Below, piece after piece: positions 1 to 10,457 of a stretch of DNA of 64,000 bases. The stretch lies in contig CAWHCF010000010.1 in NCBI GenBank assembly GCA_963827655.1, positions 96,001 to 160,000 of the forward strand, written 5' to 3'. The translations under genes and the position numbers were made by a program. The first letter of the stretch is position 1. Each line of letters opens with the position of its first letter. The notes below the pieces were generated by a model. It searched no databases and was not told where the DNA came from. It saw only the letters and a program-made list of their open reading frames with translations. Origin of the DNA: an uncultured Acidobacteriota bacterium. Its GTDB lineage: Bacteria; Acidobacteriota; UBA6911.

Positions 1-539
1 GGACTGGCGTGGCGGCCTGTGGAGAAGTGTTGGCAGCGGGCTCTACTGGTTCGGAGATCCTACGCTCGCATCCCGATGCAGCAACTGGAGATGACCATTT
101 TCGGCCGGCATCAGCGGCTGTGGTTCCGTGGAGATTTCGATCCGCGCCAGGCCACGAATGTCTCGCAGGAGGCCTTGCAGGCTCTGGTGCCGGTAAACCG
201 TGCCGAAAGAGTTCTGCGCCCGCTGGGAGCAGCCTTCGACAACCGGCTGCCGCAGACTCTGTCAAACGGCGCCGTCCGGCAAACTCCCATCACCGACACG
301 GTGAATCCCAAACCCAAGGGCGTTCTACATCGGTCCGCGGCAGCTGGAATGTCGACCTCGCGCTATTCAAGAACTTCAACATCACCGAGAGAGTAAACGC
401 TCGCTTCTCGGCCGACTTCTTCAACTTCTTCAATCATCCGGTCGACGTCGCGCCCAATACCACCACAGGTCTGCAAGACTTGAGTGTCCAGGCCAACGAG
501 CCTCGGATCATTCAGTTCTCGCTTCGTTTGGACTGGTAG
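1..539 (+). CDS. TonB-dependent receptor, 3' end only (runs off window; frameshifted in this sequence)
   Basis: Frames 19..396 and 9..539 together give LEMTIFGRHQRLWFRGDFDPRQ...GSWNVDLALFKNF...PRIIQFSLRLDW, nearly identical to the C-terminus of the TBDR at 672..4293. Terminal aromatic residue typical of OM beta-barrels. Confidence 0.85.
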   Translation, partial: TGVAACGEVLAAGSTGSEILRSHPDAATGDDHFRPASAAVVPWRFRSAPGHECLAGGLAGSGAGKPCRKSSAPAGSSLRQPAAADSVKRRRPANSHHRHGESQTQGRSTSVRGSWNVDLALFKNFNITERVNARFSADFFNFFNHPVDVAPNTTTGLQDLSVQANEPRIIQFSLRLDW

Positions 540-552
540 ATCCTTCTTTGAG

Positions 553-608
553 TCTTCGCGTCTTCGTGGTTAGTGCATGAAAACAAGCGCACCACGAAGA
601 CGCGAAGA
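553..608. repeat. REP-like palindrome (ACCACGAAGAC family), 18-bp perfect stem; possible terminator/RNA stabiliser
   Basis: tcttcgcgtcttcgtggt (553-570) ... accacgaagacgcgaaga (591-608). Confidence 0.85.
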
Positions 609-671
609 AAAACCAAAACCGTCAACTTCCCCCTGGGTTCCGGATGCGTGGCTGATTATCCTGGAGAACGT

Positions 672-3600
672 ATGAAAAATTCGAAGAGTAACAACCGGGC
701 AAGCGCCCGAATTGCCGTCTTTATTCTTGCTGGCCTTATCACGCTGGCCCTGGCCGCACAGCCTGGATGGGCGCAGACGGGAACGGGAACGGTTAAAGGA
801 ACGGTACTGGACTCAAACCGTGCCATAGTCCCTGGAGCCGACATTACCATCACGAACGAGGAGACAAACATCTCGCGCAAGGCGATCAGCGCCGCCGAGG
901 GGACTTACTCCATAGGCGCCCTGTCTCCGGCCCCCTACGTGCTGGTGGTCGAGGCGCCGGGATTCAAGAAATGGTCGGGCAAGCTGGTGCTCGAGGTCGG
1001 TCAGACGGCGGTAGTCGACGCCGTTCTCCAGATCGGCGATATCTCCACCACCGTCGAGGTGGTCGGCGCCGCGCCGGTCATCACGACTCAGAGCGCAGAG
1101 ATCTCAGATGTCAAAGACGCCCAGCGCATCCGGCAGCTGCCGCTCAACGGCCGCGCCATCAGCAGCCTGTTTGACTTGACTCCCGGGGTCGAGGGCGGAG
1201 GAAACCCCCGGGTCAACGGTCTCAAGGTTGGTTCGGTCGAGATGTTGATGGACGGCATTTCGCTTGTGGATCGATTCGGCGGCGGCATCGCCCGGGTGCA
1301 GCCGGGGCTGGATACGATCCAGGAATTCCGGATCGAGACGGTCGGATCTAACGCCCAATACTCGCGGCCGGCCTCGATTACGCTGGTAACCAAGAGCGGA
1401 ACCAATAACTTTCACGGCAGTGCTTTCGAGACCCACCGGAACAACGCGGCCGGTCTGAGGTCGCGCCGCCGGCAAGACGGAGACACATCGTCCAAATTGA
1501 TTCGGAATGAGTTCGGGGTCTCGGCCGGCGGGCCGGTTTATCTGGGTAGCTGGTACAACGGGCGCGACAAGAGCTTCTGGTTTGCCGCCTACGAGGGCCT
1601 GAGAAATCGCCAGGATAGTTTCGTCCAGAGTATTGTGCCGACAGCGGCCCTGTGGGCGGGTGACTTCAGCGGCATCGTCGACGCCAACGGCGACCGGACT
1701 CACATCTACGATCCATTGACGACGGACGCGCGGGGTCTGCGCCAGCAATTTACTAATGACGTCATTCCCAGCACCAGAATCCACCCCTTCTACAAGACGA
1801 TGCAGTCTCTCACCGCTCTGCCCACGAATACCGTGAATCCATATCAGGGAAACAACTTTGAGAAATTTTATCCAGACGTCCTCGACGTCAACACATTAAC
1901 CCTGCGAGGCGACCACAAGTTCTCAGACAAGGATAACCTGACGGGAAGGTTCTCGCGCAGCGAGCGTCTCGCGCGCGTATTCGGAGGGGTTTTCGGCAAT
2001 CCTCTGGAAACCCTCGACAATGGATTCGGCACCAGCCGGTCGGACGCCACGGTTTACAACACGTCGATCCGCGAGACCCACATCTTCTCTCCGAATTTTT
2101 TGAACGAGCTGCTACTGGCCGGACACCGCTCCAACAAGAGCTCCGGGACTCTGGCCGATTTCACCGACTGGGCCCAGGATCTGGGATTGCCCAACCCGTT
2201 TGCCACCCAGGGATGGCCCACCATGTACGCGGGCGATTTCCCCTGGGATGGAGACAATCGCAAGGACGAGATGCTTACGGCCTACGTCGTCGAGGACAAC
2301 CTGAGCTGGGTCAAGGGCAAGCACTCGATGAAGTTCGGCGCCAGGGGCCGTTACGAATACAACAACGTGCGCGAATTACAGCAGGCTCAGGGCTCACACG
2401 ATTTTGGCGGCAGCTGGACGGCTTTGTATGACCCCGTCGGCGATCAGGCGGTTTCGTTCACGGGTGACGGCCTGGCCGGGATGGCTCTCGGGCTTCCCAC
2501 CTACTTGTCCAACCAGTATAACCGGGGCTATTTCTACTTCCAGCAGCAGGAGTTCGGCCTCTACTTCCATGATAGCTGGAAGGTCTCTCCCCGGCTGTCC
2601 CTGGAGCTGGGAGTTCGCTGGGACAAATGGACCGCGTACGACGAGAAGTACAACCGTCTGGTGAACGTGGATCTCGACAACTTTGCCAACAAGTTCGAGG
2701 TCATCACGCCGAAGGATGTCCGCATGGAGGAGCTCTCAGGGAATCCCGCCGTCGGTGCTTGACTCCTGGGCGGCGCGAGGTCTCACATGGAGGACCGCGC
2801 GGGATGCGGGTTTGCCTGATAATCTGATCACGGGAGACAACAACAATTTTGCCCCGCGTATCGGTGCCGCTTTCAGGATCACCAACAAGACCGTCTTGCG
2901 CGGCGGGTATGGCGAGTACTTCTGGACCATGCCCCTTTCCCAGATCCTGCAGACATCGAGAACCAACCCTCCGCTCAACCTGAGATTCGAGAATCCACTC
3001 GATGTTCTGGACGGAACCGACACTTTCGGTGTCCGAACCAGGCCCGGGTCGGAATTCTTCATCGGAAACGCCACGGTCGACACCGCGGGCATCGTTTCAA
3101 TCCCCCCGGGGGCCCAATCGGTAATGCCATGGGACGCTCGCAACTGGAAAGACGGCCGCGCCCAGTCGTGGCACGTCAGCCTGGAACGCGAAGTGATGGG
3201 CGATACCGCTCTTCGGCTGAGCTACATCGGCGATCACGGGAGGGATCTGGAACAGCGCTACGCGCTCAACAACCGGGAGGCAGAATTCAACTACGTGGCG
3301 CGCACCGGACAGAATCCTCCAGGCAACCGGGACTTGATGCGCGTCAATCCGAACTGGAACTTTGCGGCCGCCAATCGCACCGGATATTCCAATACGCATT
3401 CGGCGCAGGTTGAGATCGAGCGCAAATATTCCGCCGGCGTGGCCTTCCAGTTGTTCTACACCTTCACGCGATCCCTTACCACCACGGACGCCGGCGGGTT
3501 TACCAGCGGCAATGGCGCCATAAACGCCACCGATGGCCAGTTTCAGGTGCCGGAGAACATCCAGCTTCTGGGCAATCCCAATCTCAGCTATGACGAGAGG

Positions 3601-4293
3601 CTTCGCCTCGGATACTACAACTCGACCAACATTCCCCCGCATCGGATCCGCTATAACGGGATCTTCGACCTCCCGTTCGGCCGGGGAAAACACTTCGGTG
3701 GGGATGTCTCACGCGGCTGGGACACCCTGATCGGCGGCTGGCAGATTGCCACTATCGGTGATTGGCGCAGCGGCCTGTGGAGGAGTGTTGGCAGCGGCCT
3801 CTACTGGTTTGGCGATCCCACGCTCGCGGCCGATGAGCGCCTGGAGATGACCATTTTCGGCCGGCATCAGCGGCTGTGGTTCCGGGGAGATTTCGATCCG
3901 CGCCAGGCCACGAATGTCTCGCAGGACGCCTTGCAGGCTCTGGTGCCGGTAAACCGTGCCGAAAGAGTCCTGCGCCCGCTGGGAACGGCTTTCGACAACC
4001 GGCTACCGCAGACCCTGGCAAACGGCACCGTTCGGCAGACTCCCATCACCGACACCGTGAATCCGAACCCGAGGGCATTCTACCTCGGTCCGGGCAGCTG
4101 GAATGTAGACCTCTCGCTGTTCAAAAACTTCAGCATCACAGAGAGGGTGAAGGCTCGATTCACGGCCGACTTCTTCAACTTCTTCAATCATCCGATCGAC
4201 GGCGCGCCCAGTACAACCACGGGTCTGCAAGACTTGAGCGTCCAGGCCAACGAGCCTCGGATCATTCAGTTCTCGCTTCGTTTGGACTGGTAG
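672..4293 (+). CDS. TonB-dependent receptor with N-terminal carboxypeptidase-regulatory-like domain (acidobacterial type); +1 frameshift at ~2740
   Basis: Signal peptide, GTVKGTVLDS..PGADITITNEET, LPLNGR, TKSGTNNFHGSAFE, NNFAPRIG, C-terminal IIQFSLRLDW. ORFs 573..2762 and 2683..4293 join by removing one G in GGG at 2739-2741. Confidence 0.9.
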
Positions 4294-4306
4294 ACGATTC
4301 TTTGAG

Positions 4307-4362
4307 TCTTCGCGTCTTCGTGGTCAGCGCGTGAAAACAAGCGCACCACGAAGACGCGAAGA
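4307..4362. repeat. REP-like palindrome (ACCACGAAGAC family), second copy of the 553-608 hairpin
   Basis: Same 18-bp stem (4307-4324 / 4345-4362) directly after the TBDR stop. Confidence 0.85.
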
Positions 4363-4402
4363 AAGAACCCTTTCGTTAAGCTCGGTTTCGTTGGGCGGTC
4401 GC

Positions 4403-4795
4403 TCAGGCCGGCGTCCTTAGAGGAACCAACTGGGAGATCTCAACGGAGTTTGAGCCGCGCATGGCATGCCAGAGATCCCAGTCCGATTGCAGGCCGAGCC
4501 AGAAGTCCGCTGACATCCCCAGCACGCGCGCCAGCCGAAGTGCCGTGTCGGGCGTCACCGCCCGTTTTCCCCGGATGATCTCGTTCAGCCGCGGAAACGA
4601 AACTCCCAGTCGTAACGCCAACTCCGACTGCGTAATTCCAAGAGGCTTGACAAACTCCTCGAGCAGCATCTCGCCGGGATGAGTAGGCGGACGGCGACGA
4701 GGCAGGCGGCGACGGATGAGCTCACCTGACCTGACTTGCTTCCCTGTTGTGGTACGACTCTTAGTGGTAGTCCGTGATCTCGACTTCGTAGGCAT
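4403..4795 (-). CDS. higA: HigA family addiction-module antitoxin (Xre HTH)
   Basis: PTHPGEMLLEEF...TQSELA...RLNEIIRGKRAVTPDTALRLARVLGMSADFWLGLQ. ATG at 4795 is preceded by GGGAGG; start position uncertain. Confidence 0.9.
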   Translation of the reverse strand: MPTKSRSRTTTKSRTTTGKQVRSGELIRRRLPRRRPPTHPGEMLLEEFVKPLGITQSELALRLGVSFPRLNEIIRGKRAVTPDTALRLARVLGMSADFWLGLQSDWDLWHAMRGSNSVEISQLVPLRTPA

Positions 4796-5054
4796 CTCCC
4801 GCCTCCCACCGAAAACAAAGGCGATACTGATTGTTGATCCTGATGCTGTGCTGCCCGCTACGGCCGCCGCGCAGTCCTTCAAGACGATTCCCCGCGGGAA
4901 CGGCGAGTTCGAAGAGATCCTTCACGCGATTCACCTGATCCAGCTTCCTCTGAGCCACCTGCCATAAATCGCGCGGGCAGGCCCGTCGAGCTGCGGCGGT
5001 GTCAGCGCCATCAAAGATATCCGCGGTACCTCGGCCCCGGAAAGACCGTATCAC
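4761..5054 (-). CDS. higB: HigB/RelE-family toxin (plasmid maintenance killer type)
   Basis: MIRSFR...GNRLEGLRGGRSGQHSIRINNQYRLCFRW...VEITDYH; upstream of higA. Confidence 0.92.
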   Translation of the reverse strand: MIRSFRGRGTADIFDGADTAAARRACPRDLWQVAQRKLDQVNRVKDLFELAVPAGNRLEGLRGGRSGQHSIRINNQYRLCFRWEAGDAYEVEITDYH

Positions 5055-5060
5055 GGCTTA

Positions 5061-5090
5061 CATTATAACGGGTGCCGGTATAACGCTCAA
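5061..5090 (-). promoter_or_regulatory. sigma70 promoter of higBA with overlapping imperfect palindromic operator
   Basis: Minus strand TTGAGC (5090-5085), 17 nt, TATAAT (5067-5062). 5061-5085 is an imperfect 25-bp palindrome. Confidence 0.75.
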
Positions 5091-5235
5091 CGTCTTGGAC
5101 GCGGCCACACCCTCGATCAGCCTGCGTCCCCTGGCCGGTACGTACACCTCGCCTGCCGACCAGCACGCACCGTTGTGGTCGCGCAAATGAGAAGCCGTCA
5201 GTCGGAACATATCACCCGAGCCGGTGGCGCCGCGT

Positions 5236-5976
5236 TTAATCGGCAGGGACGCGATACCAGTATCGGTACAACTCGCGAAAACCGAGTTTTTCATAGAGAC
5301 GGCGCGCCGGGATGTTGGTTTCGACGACCTGGAGGTACGCGTGCTTGGCTCCGCGCTCTTGAGCCCAGTTCAGCATCGCCGTGACAAGCGCGGCGCCATG
5401 TCCGTGCTTACGGCGCGTGGGAGCGGTTACCAGATCAAAGAGCCCGAAGCAGTCCTGGCCCAGCACTCCTAATCCGATTGCGGCAACCTCCGTCCCTTCC
5501 GGCAACGATGCCAGGAGCCTCCCCCCAGGAATCCTCTGCAGCATTGTCTCATGGGTAAATTGCTGATCGCGCGCCACGCCATGGAAGCGACAGTAGAGAT
5601 CCAGCCAGGTGTCAAGCGGCTCTTCCTTCAGTCGACGCGAGAGAGGTTGCAAGGTGTGCGCACTCTCCAGATCGAGCTGGAGCACCAGAGAGGGATCGAC
5701 GACTCTGTAGCCCCGGTCGGCGAGAACCTGGTCCAGCCTCCCAGGAGCCGTGATCGAGTTCAGCCTGAAGATGCAGGGCTGTTGCCGGGCACGATACAGT
5801 TCTTCGCATCGCTGAACATGCTCTTCCAGCGGCACAGCCGAGGGGTAAAGCGGATTGACCGAGTTCGCTCGTTTCGTGTAACCGCGGCTGAAGCGGATGA
5901 GCCAGCCGTCCAGCAGGACCTGCTCCAGCGCCGGCCATGCGTTCAATGACGCTTCTTCAATGCGCAGCGCGATCAT
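5236..5976 (-). CDS. GNAT family N-acetyltransferase
   Basis: EEASLNAWPA...GYTKRANSV N-domain; RRKHGHG acetyl-CoA motif; AYLQVVETNIPARRLYEKLGF. Confidence 0.9.
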   Translation of the reverse strand: MIALRIEEASLNAWPALEQVLLDGWLIRFSRGYTKRANSVNPLYPSAVPLEEHVQRCEELYRARQQPCIFRLNSITAPGRLDQVLADRGYRVVDPSLVLQLDLESAHTLQPLSRRLKEEPLDTWLDLYCRFHGVARDQQFTHETMLQRIPGGRLLASLPEGTEVAAIGLGVLGQDCFGLFDLVTAPTRRKHGHGAALVTAMLNWAQERGAKHAYLQVVETNIPARRLYEKLGFRELYRYWYRVPAD

Positions 5977-6108
5977 GTGTGAGTCTGAATTGGATCAAGC
6001 ATTGAGCCGCTACCGGAGCGAGCGGGTTTTGCGAGGGGTAACCAGAGCCTGGCATGCAGATCTGTGACGCAGCGACAACCTGGAATCCGGCGGGGCGCTG
6101 CACGCGCG

Positions 6109-6440
6109 TTAACCGGCTCTCTTTGAACCGCGTCTCTTATTCTTCCCTTGTCGAGCGTCAAGCCATTTCTTTAGCGATAGAGGACTCTCTCCTGATTGCC
6201 GGCCAGCCAGCAAGCCCGCGACTGTTAAATCTTCGTCCAGGTCCGGCCAATGGATGTAGCGCCGTCTCCGGCAATTTCATAATGATTCCGCTCTTGTGGA
6301 GTACCATGCCAAAGGCGAGGAAACCAAACCAAAGGCACGATTATTGTCCGGCCATCCACCAGATCAACGGTTAAGGCGTCCTCGCTCATCGTCACGGATT
6401 GAGCTCGCGCTTCCTGTATCTCAACGGCCAAAGAATTCAT
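6109..6440 (-). CDS. DUF2442 domain protein (putative antitoxin), frameshift at ~6260
   Basis: LTVDLVDGRTIIVPLVWFPRLWHGTPQER, then after a frame change YIHWPDLDEDLTVAGLLAGRQSGESPLSLKKWL to TAA at 6109-6111. Confidence 0.8.
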
Positions 6441-6499
6441 ACCAACTCCTAAGTAATCGCTGGTTAAGGATTTATAGATTCTATGCTCCCTGACTGGGC

Positions 6500-6620
6500 C
6501 GCCGGAGCATTGAAGGCAGCGTCCAGCGCCCCTCCGGGGCGCGTCTCTTTCGTGTCTGTGACCGGGGGCAGGCGCTCCGCTGGCCCCCGGCTAATTTCCT
6601 TCGCCCTTTCAGGGCGCGAG
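6500..6620. repeat. REP-like GC-rich multi-hairpin element (CGCCCC..GGGGCG family)
   Basis: ggagcattga..gcgtccagcgcccctc..gggcgcgtctcttt..taatttccttcgccct..cagggc is shared with 33297-33520. Confidence 0.75.
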
Positions 6621-6644
6621 CTGGCGTAACCACTCGTTCAGACC

Positions 6645-7518
6645 TCAGCGTTTCAGCGTCGTACCGATGTAGGCTTTCACCACGTCGACGACATATTCCT
6701 GACAGGCTTCACCGGTTCTGGCGTCATAGGACCCGCCGTTGGTGATGTTGTTGGACAAAACCCGGATACCGAGAAACGGGATCTGGAAGAAGCCGGCAAT
6801 CTGCGCCGCCGACGCGGTTTCCATTTCCTCGACCGAGGTGCCGTATTGACTGCGGAGCCGGTCGTATCCGATCGACTTCGCTGTTCCAGATCTCGCCGGA
6901 TCCAATCACGCCTTCCACCACGCGTCCTTTCCGATAGAGATGCTTCACGCTGTTGGCGGCGGCGAGCAGTTGTTCGTTCGCCTCGAAGCGCCGCATGGTG
7001 CGCGCGTTCGGGTCTTCGCCGGCGCTACCCTCCGATGCCATCAGGTCCATCGGTTTCCATTCCAGAAAATCGCTGCCTTGCCCAGGCTTCCGGTAACCGG
7101 TTTTGAACGCCCCCAGATTGACGGAGTGCTTGCCCAGCACGATGTCGTAGACGTGTAACTCCGGGTCATGGCCGCCCGCGGTTCCCTGGTTGACGATCGC
7201 CACTGGACGATAGCGTTCAGCAGCGATCGCCGTCGCTGCCGCGGAGTTCGACACGCCCTTCATGGTCTTGGAAACCACCACCGGGTAGCCGTCCAGCGTG
7301 CCGCGCCAGAATGTCCAGCCGGCGATTTTCTCCACGCTGACGTTGTCCAGACCGCCGGCAATTTTTTCCGTCTCTACGGGCATCGCGCCCTGTACGAGCA
7401 CGGGACGCAACACCGGCATTCTACTGTCTGACGATCGAGTGATCCGGTCCGGGGCTCCGCACCCGCCCAGCAGCAGGTGGATCAACAGTGCCACGCTCAT
7501 GATGGATGCTTTTCTCAT
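6645..7518 (-). CDS. 5'-methylthioadenosine/S-adenosylhomocysteine nucleosidase family protein with lipoprotein-type signal; frameshift at ~6862
   Basis: QGAMPVE, NQGTAGG, EEMETASAAQIA, GIRVLSN motifs of the PNP_UDP_1/MTAN fold; N-terminal MRKASIMSVALLIHLLLGGC. Confidence 0.85.
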
Positions 7519-7815
7519 CTGAGTCTCTCCGGAGGTTGCGGCAATTTCACCGCGCCCCGTTTCTGGCAGCGGGAAGACGCTGCCGCTCAAATCTTCGCGA
7601 ACTGGCCGGCGAGCGCGGTGAGGTCTGCCCGCGTCCAGCGACGATGCTTAACGAAGAATCGACCCAAGGTTCGCAAACCGTTGCCAATGAAGAAGCCGAC
7701 AACTGAGTATAATGCCACCCGGGGGATCTAAACATTCTCGTGAGTGGAACGTCAGCGATTCGGGACCGCTCCGAGTAGATCGCGCGGCAAAGCCGGAAAG
7801 AAACTGCGAGACACC

Positions 7816-10191
7816 ATGAAGAGAACCAGGAAGTTCGCCTTCGCGGCGCTGTCCGTCGCCGGTCTGATGGCCTCGGCAGCAATACACAAGAGAGACCGGA
7901 TCACCCTTGCAGCACAGCCCGGTCTGGCGGCGCAGCTTCGTTCTGTTCAACCAAACCTCTTCCCGGACGGCGAGAGGAAGTCGCTGGCACGAATGCTGCG
8001 TAATGACGCCGGGCGGCGGCGCGACGCGGCCAATCAGCGCGACGCGCAGGCGTGGGCCAAGGTGAAGTCCAGAAGCGATTGGGAGAAGTTTCGCGCTCCG
8101 CGGATAGACGCGCTGCGCAGGTCGCTGGGCCACTTCCCGGCGGCGCCGAAAACCGTGAACGCGCACGTGACCCGCACGCTGGACGGCGACGGCTACCGGA
8201 TCGAGAACCTGGTCTATGAAAGCCGAAGCGGAGTGTTTGTTTCCGCGAATCTCTACCTGCCTCGAAGCCAGCAATCTCGTTTGCGGCCGACCGGGAAGCT
8301 TCCTGCCATCCTGATCATCCACAGCCATCACAATCCAAAGACGCAGGCCGAACTGCAGGACATGGGGATGACCTGGGCGCGGCAGGGCTGCGCAGTGCTG
8401 GTCATGGATCAACTCGGCTACGGCGACCGGCGCGAGCACGCGCCGGGTCCCAGACAGGACTACCGCTTTCGCTACATCAATAGCCTTCAGTTGTACCTCA
8501 TCGGCGATAGTCTTACCGGCTGGATGGCGTGGGATGTGATGCGGGGTGTGGACCTGCTGCTCGGGCGCGAAGAGATCGACAGGAATAAAGTGATCCTCAT
8601 GGGCGCGGTCGCGGGCGGCGGCGACCCGGCAGCCGTGGTGGCGGCGCTCGACCCGCGCATCAGCTGCGTTGTCCCCTTCAACTTCGGCGGGCCTGAACCG
8701 GAAAGCCCGTACCCATTGCCCGCCGATGCCGAGACGACCTTCAACTACATGGGAGACGGCTCCTGGGAGTCCACACGCTGCTTGCGGCTCAGCGGGCGCG
8801 ACGGCTTCCTCCCCTGGGTCACGGTTGCGTCGGTGGCGCCTCGCCATCTGATCTACGCCCATGAGTTCAGCTGGGATAGAGAGCACGATCCGGTATGGAA
8901 GCGCCTGCAAAAGGTCTTTGACTTTTACGGTTCGCAAAGGCTTGCGTTCGCCCACGGCGCCGGCTTGCTCTCCGGACGACCTCCCGAGGCGACGCACTGC
9001 AACAACATCGGCGCGGTGCATCGCAAAATGATTTACCCGCCGCTCGAGCGATGGTTTGGCATCGCGGCACCGGAGCAGGATTACCAGCAGCGCCACCGGG
9101 ACGAGGATCTGACGTCCTTTACGCCGGAACTTGCCTCGAAGCTGAAGCCGCGACCGATGCATGAATTGTTCGGCGAGATCGGCGCGTCTCGTGCCACTAC
9201 CATGCGCGTCCAACTCAGTAAACTTCCCGCTAATGAGCAGCGGCAACGATTGCGCCAGGAATGGGCCAGGTTGCTCGGCAACATCGAACCCGTGACGGCA
9301 TCGGAGATTTCAAAGGCTGGATCTGAAATCGGGAACCACAAACCAATGATCCAGATCGAGCGCATCGTGTTGGAGATGGAACCGAACATCGTCGTGCCTA
9401 TGCTGCTCCTGTTGCCGGAACCCCCGGCAAGTAAGGAATTACCCCTGGTGGTTGGCCTCTCGCAGGAGGGCAAAGAAAAGTTCCTGAGCGAAAACGCCGA
9501 CGCGATCGCCGAGCTGCTGGCGCGCAATGTCGCCGTCTGCCTGCCCGACCTTCGCGGCACGGGTGAGACGAGGCCCGACTCGCCCCGCGACCGTCAGACT
9601 GAAGCTACGTCCGTTTCGGCAACCGAGTTGATGCTGGGACAGACGCTGCTCGGCTCCAGGCTGCGCGACCTGCGGTCCGTCCTGCGCTACCTGCGCGCGC
9701 GGGGCGATATGAAGTTTCAGCGGATCGCCCTGTGGGGCGATTCCTTCGCGCCGGTAAACCCGGCGCAGTTCACTGACCCGGTGATGGGCGAGGGCGAAGG
9801 TCCGCCGCAGTCTGAACCCCTCGGCGGGCTGCTCGCGCTGTTCGGGGCACTGTATGAAGACTCGGTTCACTCGGTTGTGGCGCGCCGCACGCTGGCAGGT
9901 TATCAGTCGGTGCTGCACGACCGTTTCTGTTACATCCCGCACGATGCCATTGTGCCCGGGGCGCTGACGGCGGGCGATCTATGCGACGTGGCCGCAGCCC
10001 TGGCGCCGCGTACGCTGCGGCTGGAGGGACTGGTGGATGGACGCAATCGCCTGATGGAAGCGCAAGATCTGCGCCGCCTCTTCGAACCGACCGTGCAGGC
10101 CTATCGCGCGACGTCCGACAAACTGCTCCTGACGCCCGGAGGGGGCGACAGCATTGCCGCCTGGTTGGTGAATTCGCTGAATACGCCGTAA
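7816..10191 (+). CDS. Secreted tandem alpha/beta-hydrolase (acetylxylan esterase/dienelactone hydrolase-like, two domains)
   Basis: Signal peptide; YRIENLVYES..VSANLYLP; MDQLGYGDR; WDVMRGVDLL; second domain LPDLRGTGETRP..LLGSRLRDL. Confidence 0.8.
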   Translation: MKRTRKFAFAALSVAGLMASAAIHKRDRITLAAQPGLAAQLRSVQPNLFPDGERKSLARMLRNDAGRRRDAANQRDAQAWAKVKSRSDWEKFRAPRIDALRRSLGHFPAAPKTVNAHVTRTLDGDGYRIENLVYESRSGVFVSANLYLPRSQQSRLRPTGKLPAILIIHSHHNPKTQAELQDMGMTWARQGCAVLVMDQLGYGDRREHAPGPRQDYRFRYINSLQLYLIGDSLTGWMAWDVMRGVDLLLGREEIDRNKVILMGAVAGGGDPAAVVAALDPRISCVVPFNFGGPEPESPYPLPADAETTFNYMGDGSWESTRCLRLSGRDGFLPWVTVASVAPRHLIYAHEFSWDREHDPVWKRLQKVFDFYGSQRLAFAHGAGLLSGRPPEATHCNNIGAVHRKMIYPPLERWFGIAAPEQDYQQRHRDEDLTSFTPELASKLKPRPMHELFGEIGASRATTMRVQLSKLPANEQRQRLRQEWARLLGNIEPVTASEISKAGSEIGNHKPMIQIERIVLEMEPNIVVPMLLLLPEPPASKELPLVVGLSQEGKEKFLSENADAIAELLARNVAVCLPDLRGTGETRPDSPRDRQTEATSVSATELMLGQTLLGSRLRDLRSVLRYLRARGDMKFQRIALWGDSFAPVNPAQFTDPVMGEGEGPPQSEPLGGLLALFGALYEDSVHSVVARRTLAGYQSVLHDRFCYIPHDAIVPGALTAGDLCDVAAALAPRTLRLEGLVDGRNRLMEAQDLRRLFEPTVQAYRATSDKLLLTPGGGDSIAAWLVNSLNTP

Positions 10192-10411
10192 CAGCGCCGG
10201 TTGACCAGCAACGATCAACCACCAAGACTCAAAGACTCGAAAAAACACCAAGGCCAGGCTCGTGGTGAATGCCACAAAGACAAGGAGCCGCGACGCTCCG
10301 CCGGTGTCCGATTCTGCTTAGCCGAATCCCACAACCGGGCACGCTGGTCGCAGAACCGCTGCTGGTTCTGGCCCAATCTCCATGTAATCTGTTGCTTGCA
10401 GGCGCCGATGC

Positions 10412-10427
10412 TGGCATGGAAGTTGCT
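10412..10427 (+). promoter_or_regulatory. sigma54 (-24/-12) promoter candidate for the ABC permease
   Basis: TGGCATGGAAGTTGCT = TGGCA-N6-TTGCT with exact GG-N10-GC spacing, 30 nt before ATG 10458 and its GGAGG RBS. Confidence 0.65.
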
Positions 10428-10457
10428 TTGACGCTGACTTACGGGCAGGGAGGATTT

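Noticed and set aside
5095-5235. Coding-like sequence between the GNAT gene and the higBA promoter
   Set aside because: Could be a gene remnant, but no family could be recognised in any frame.
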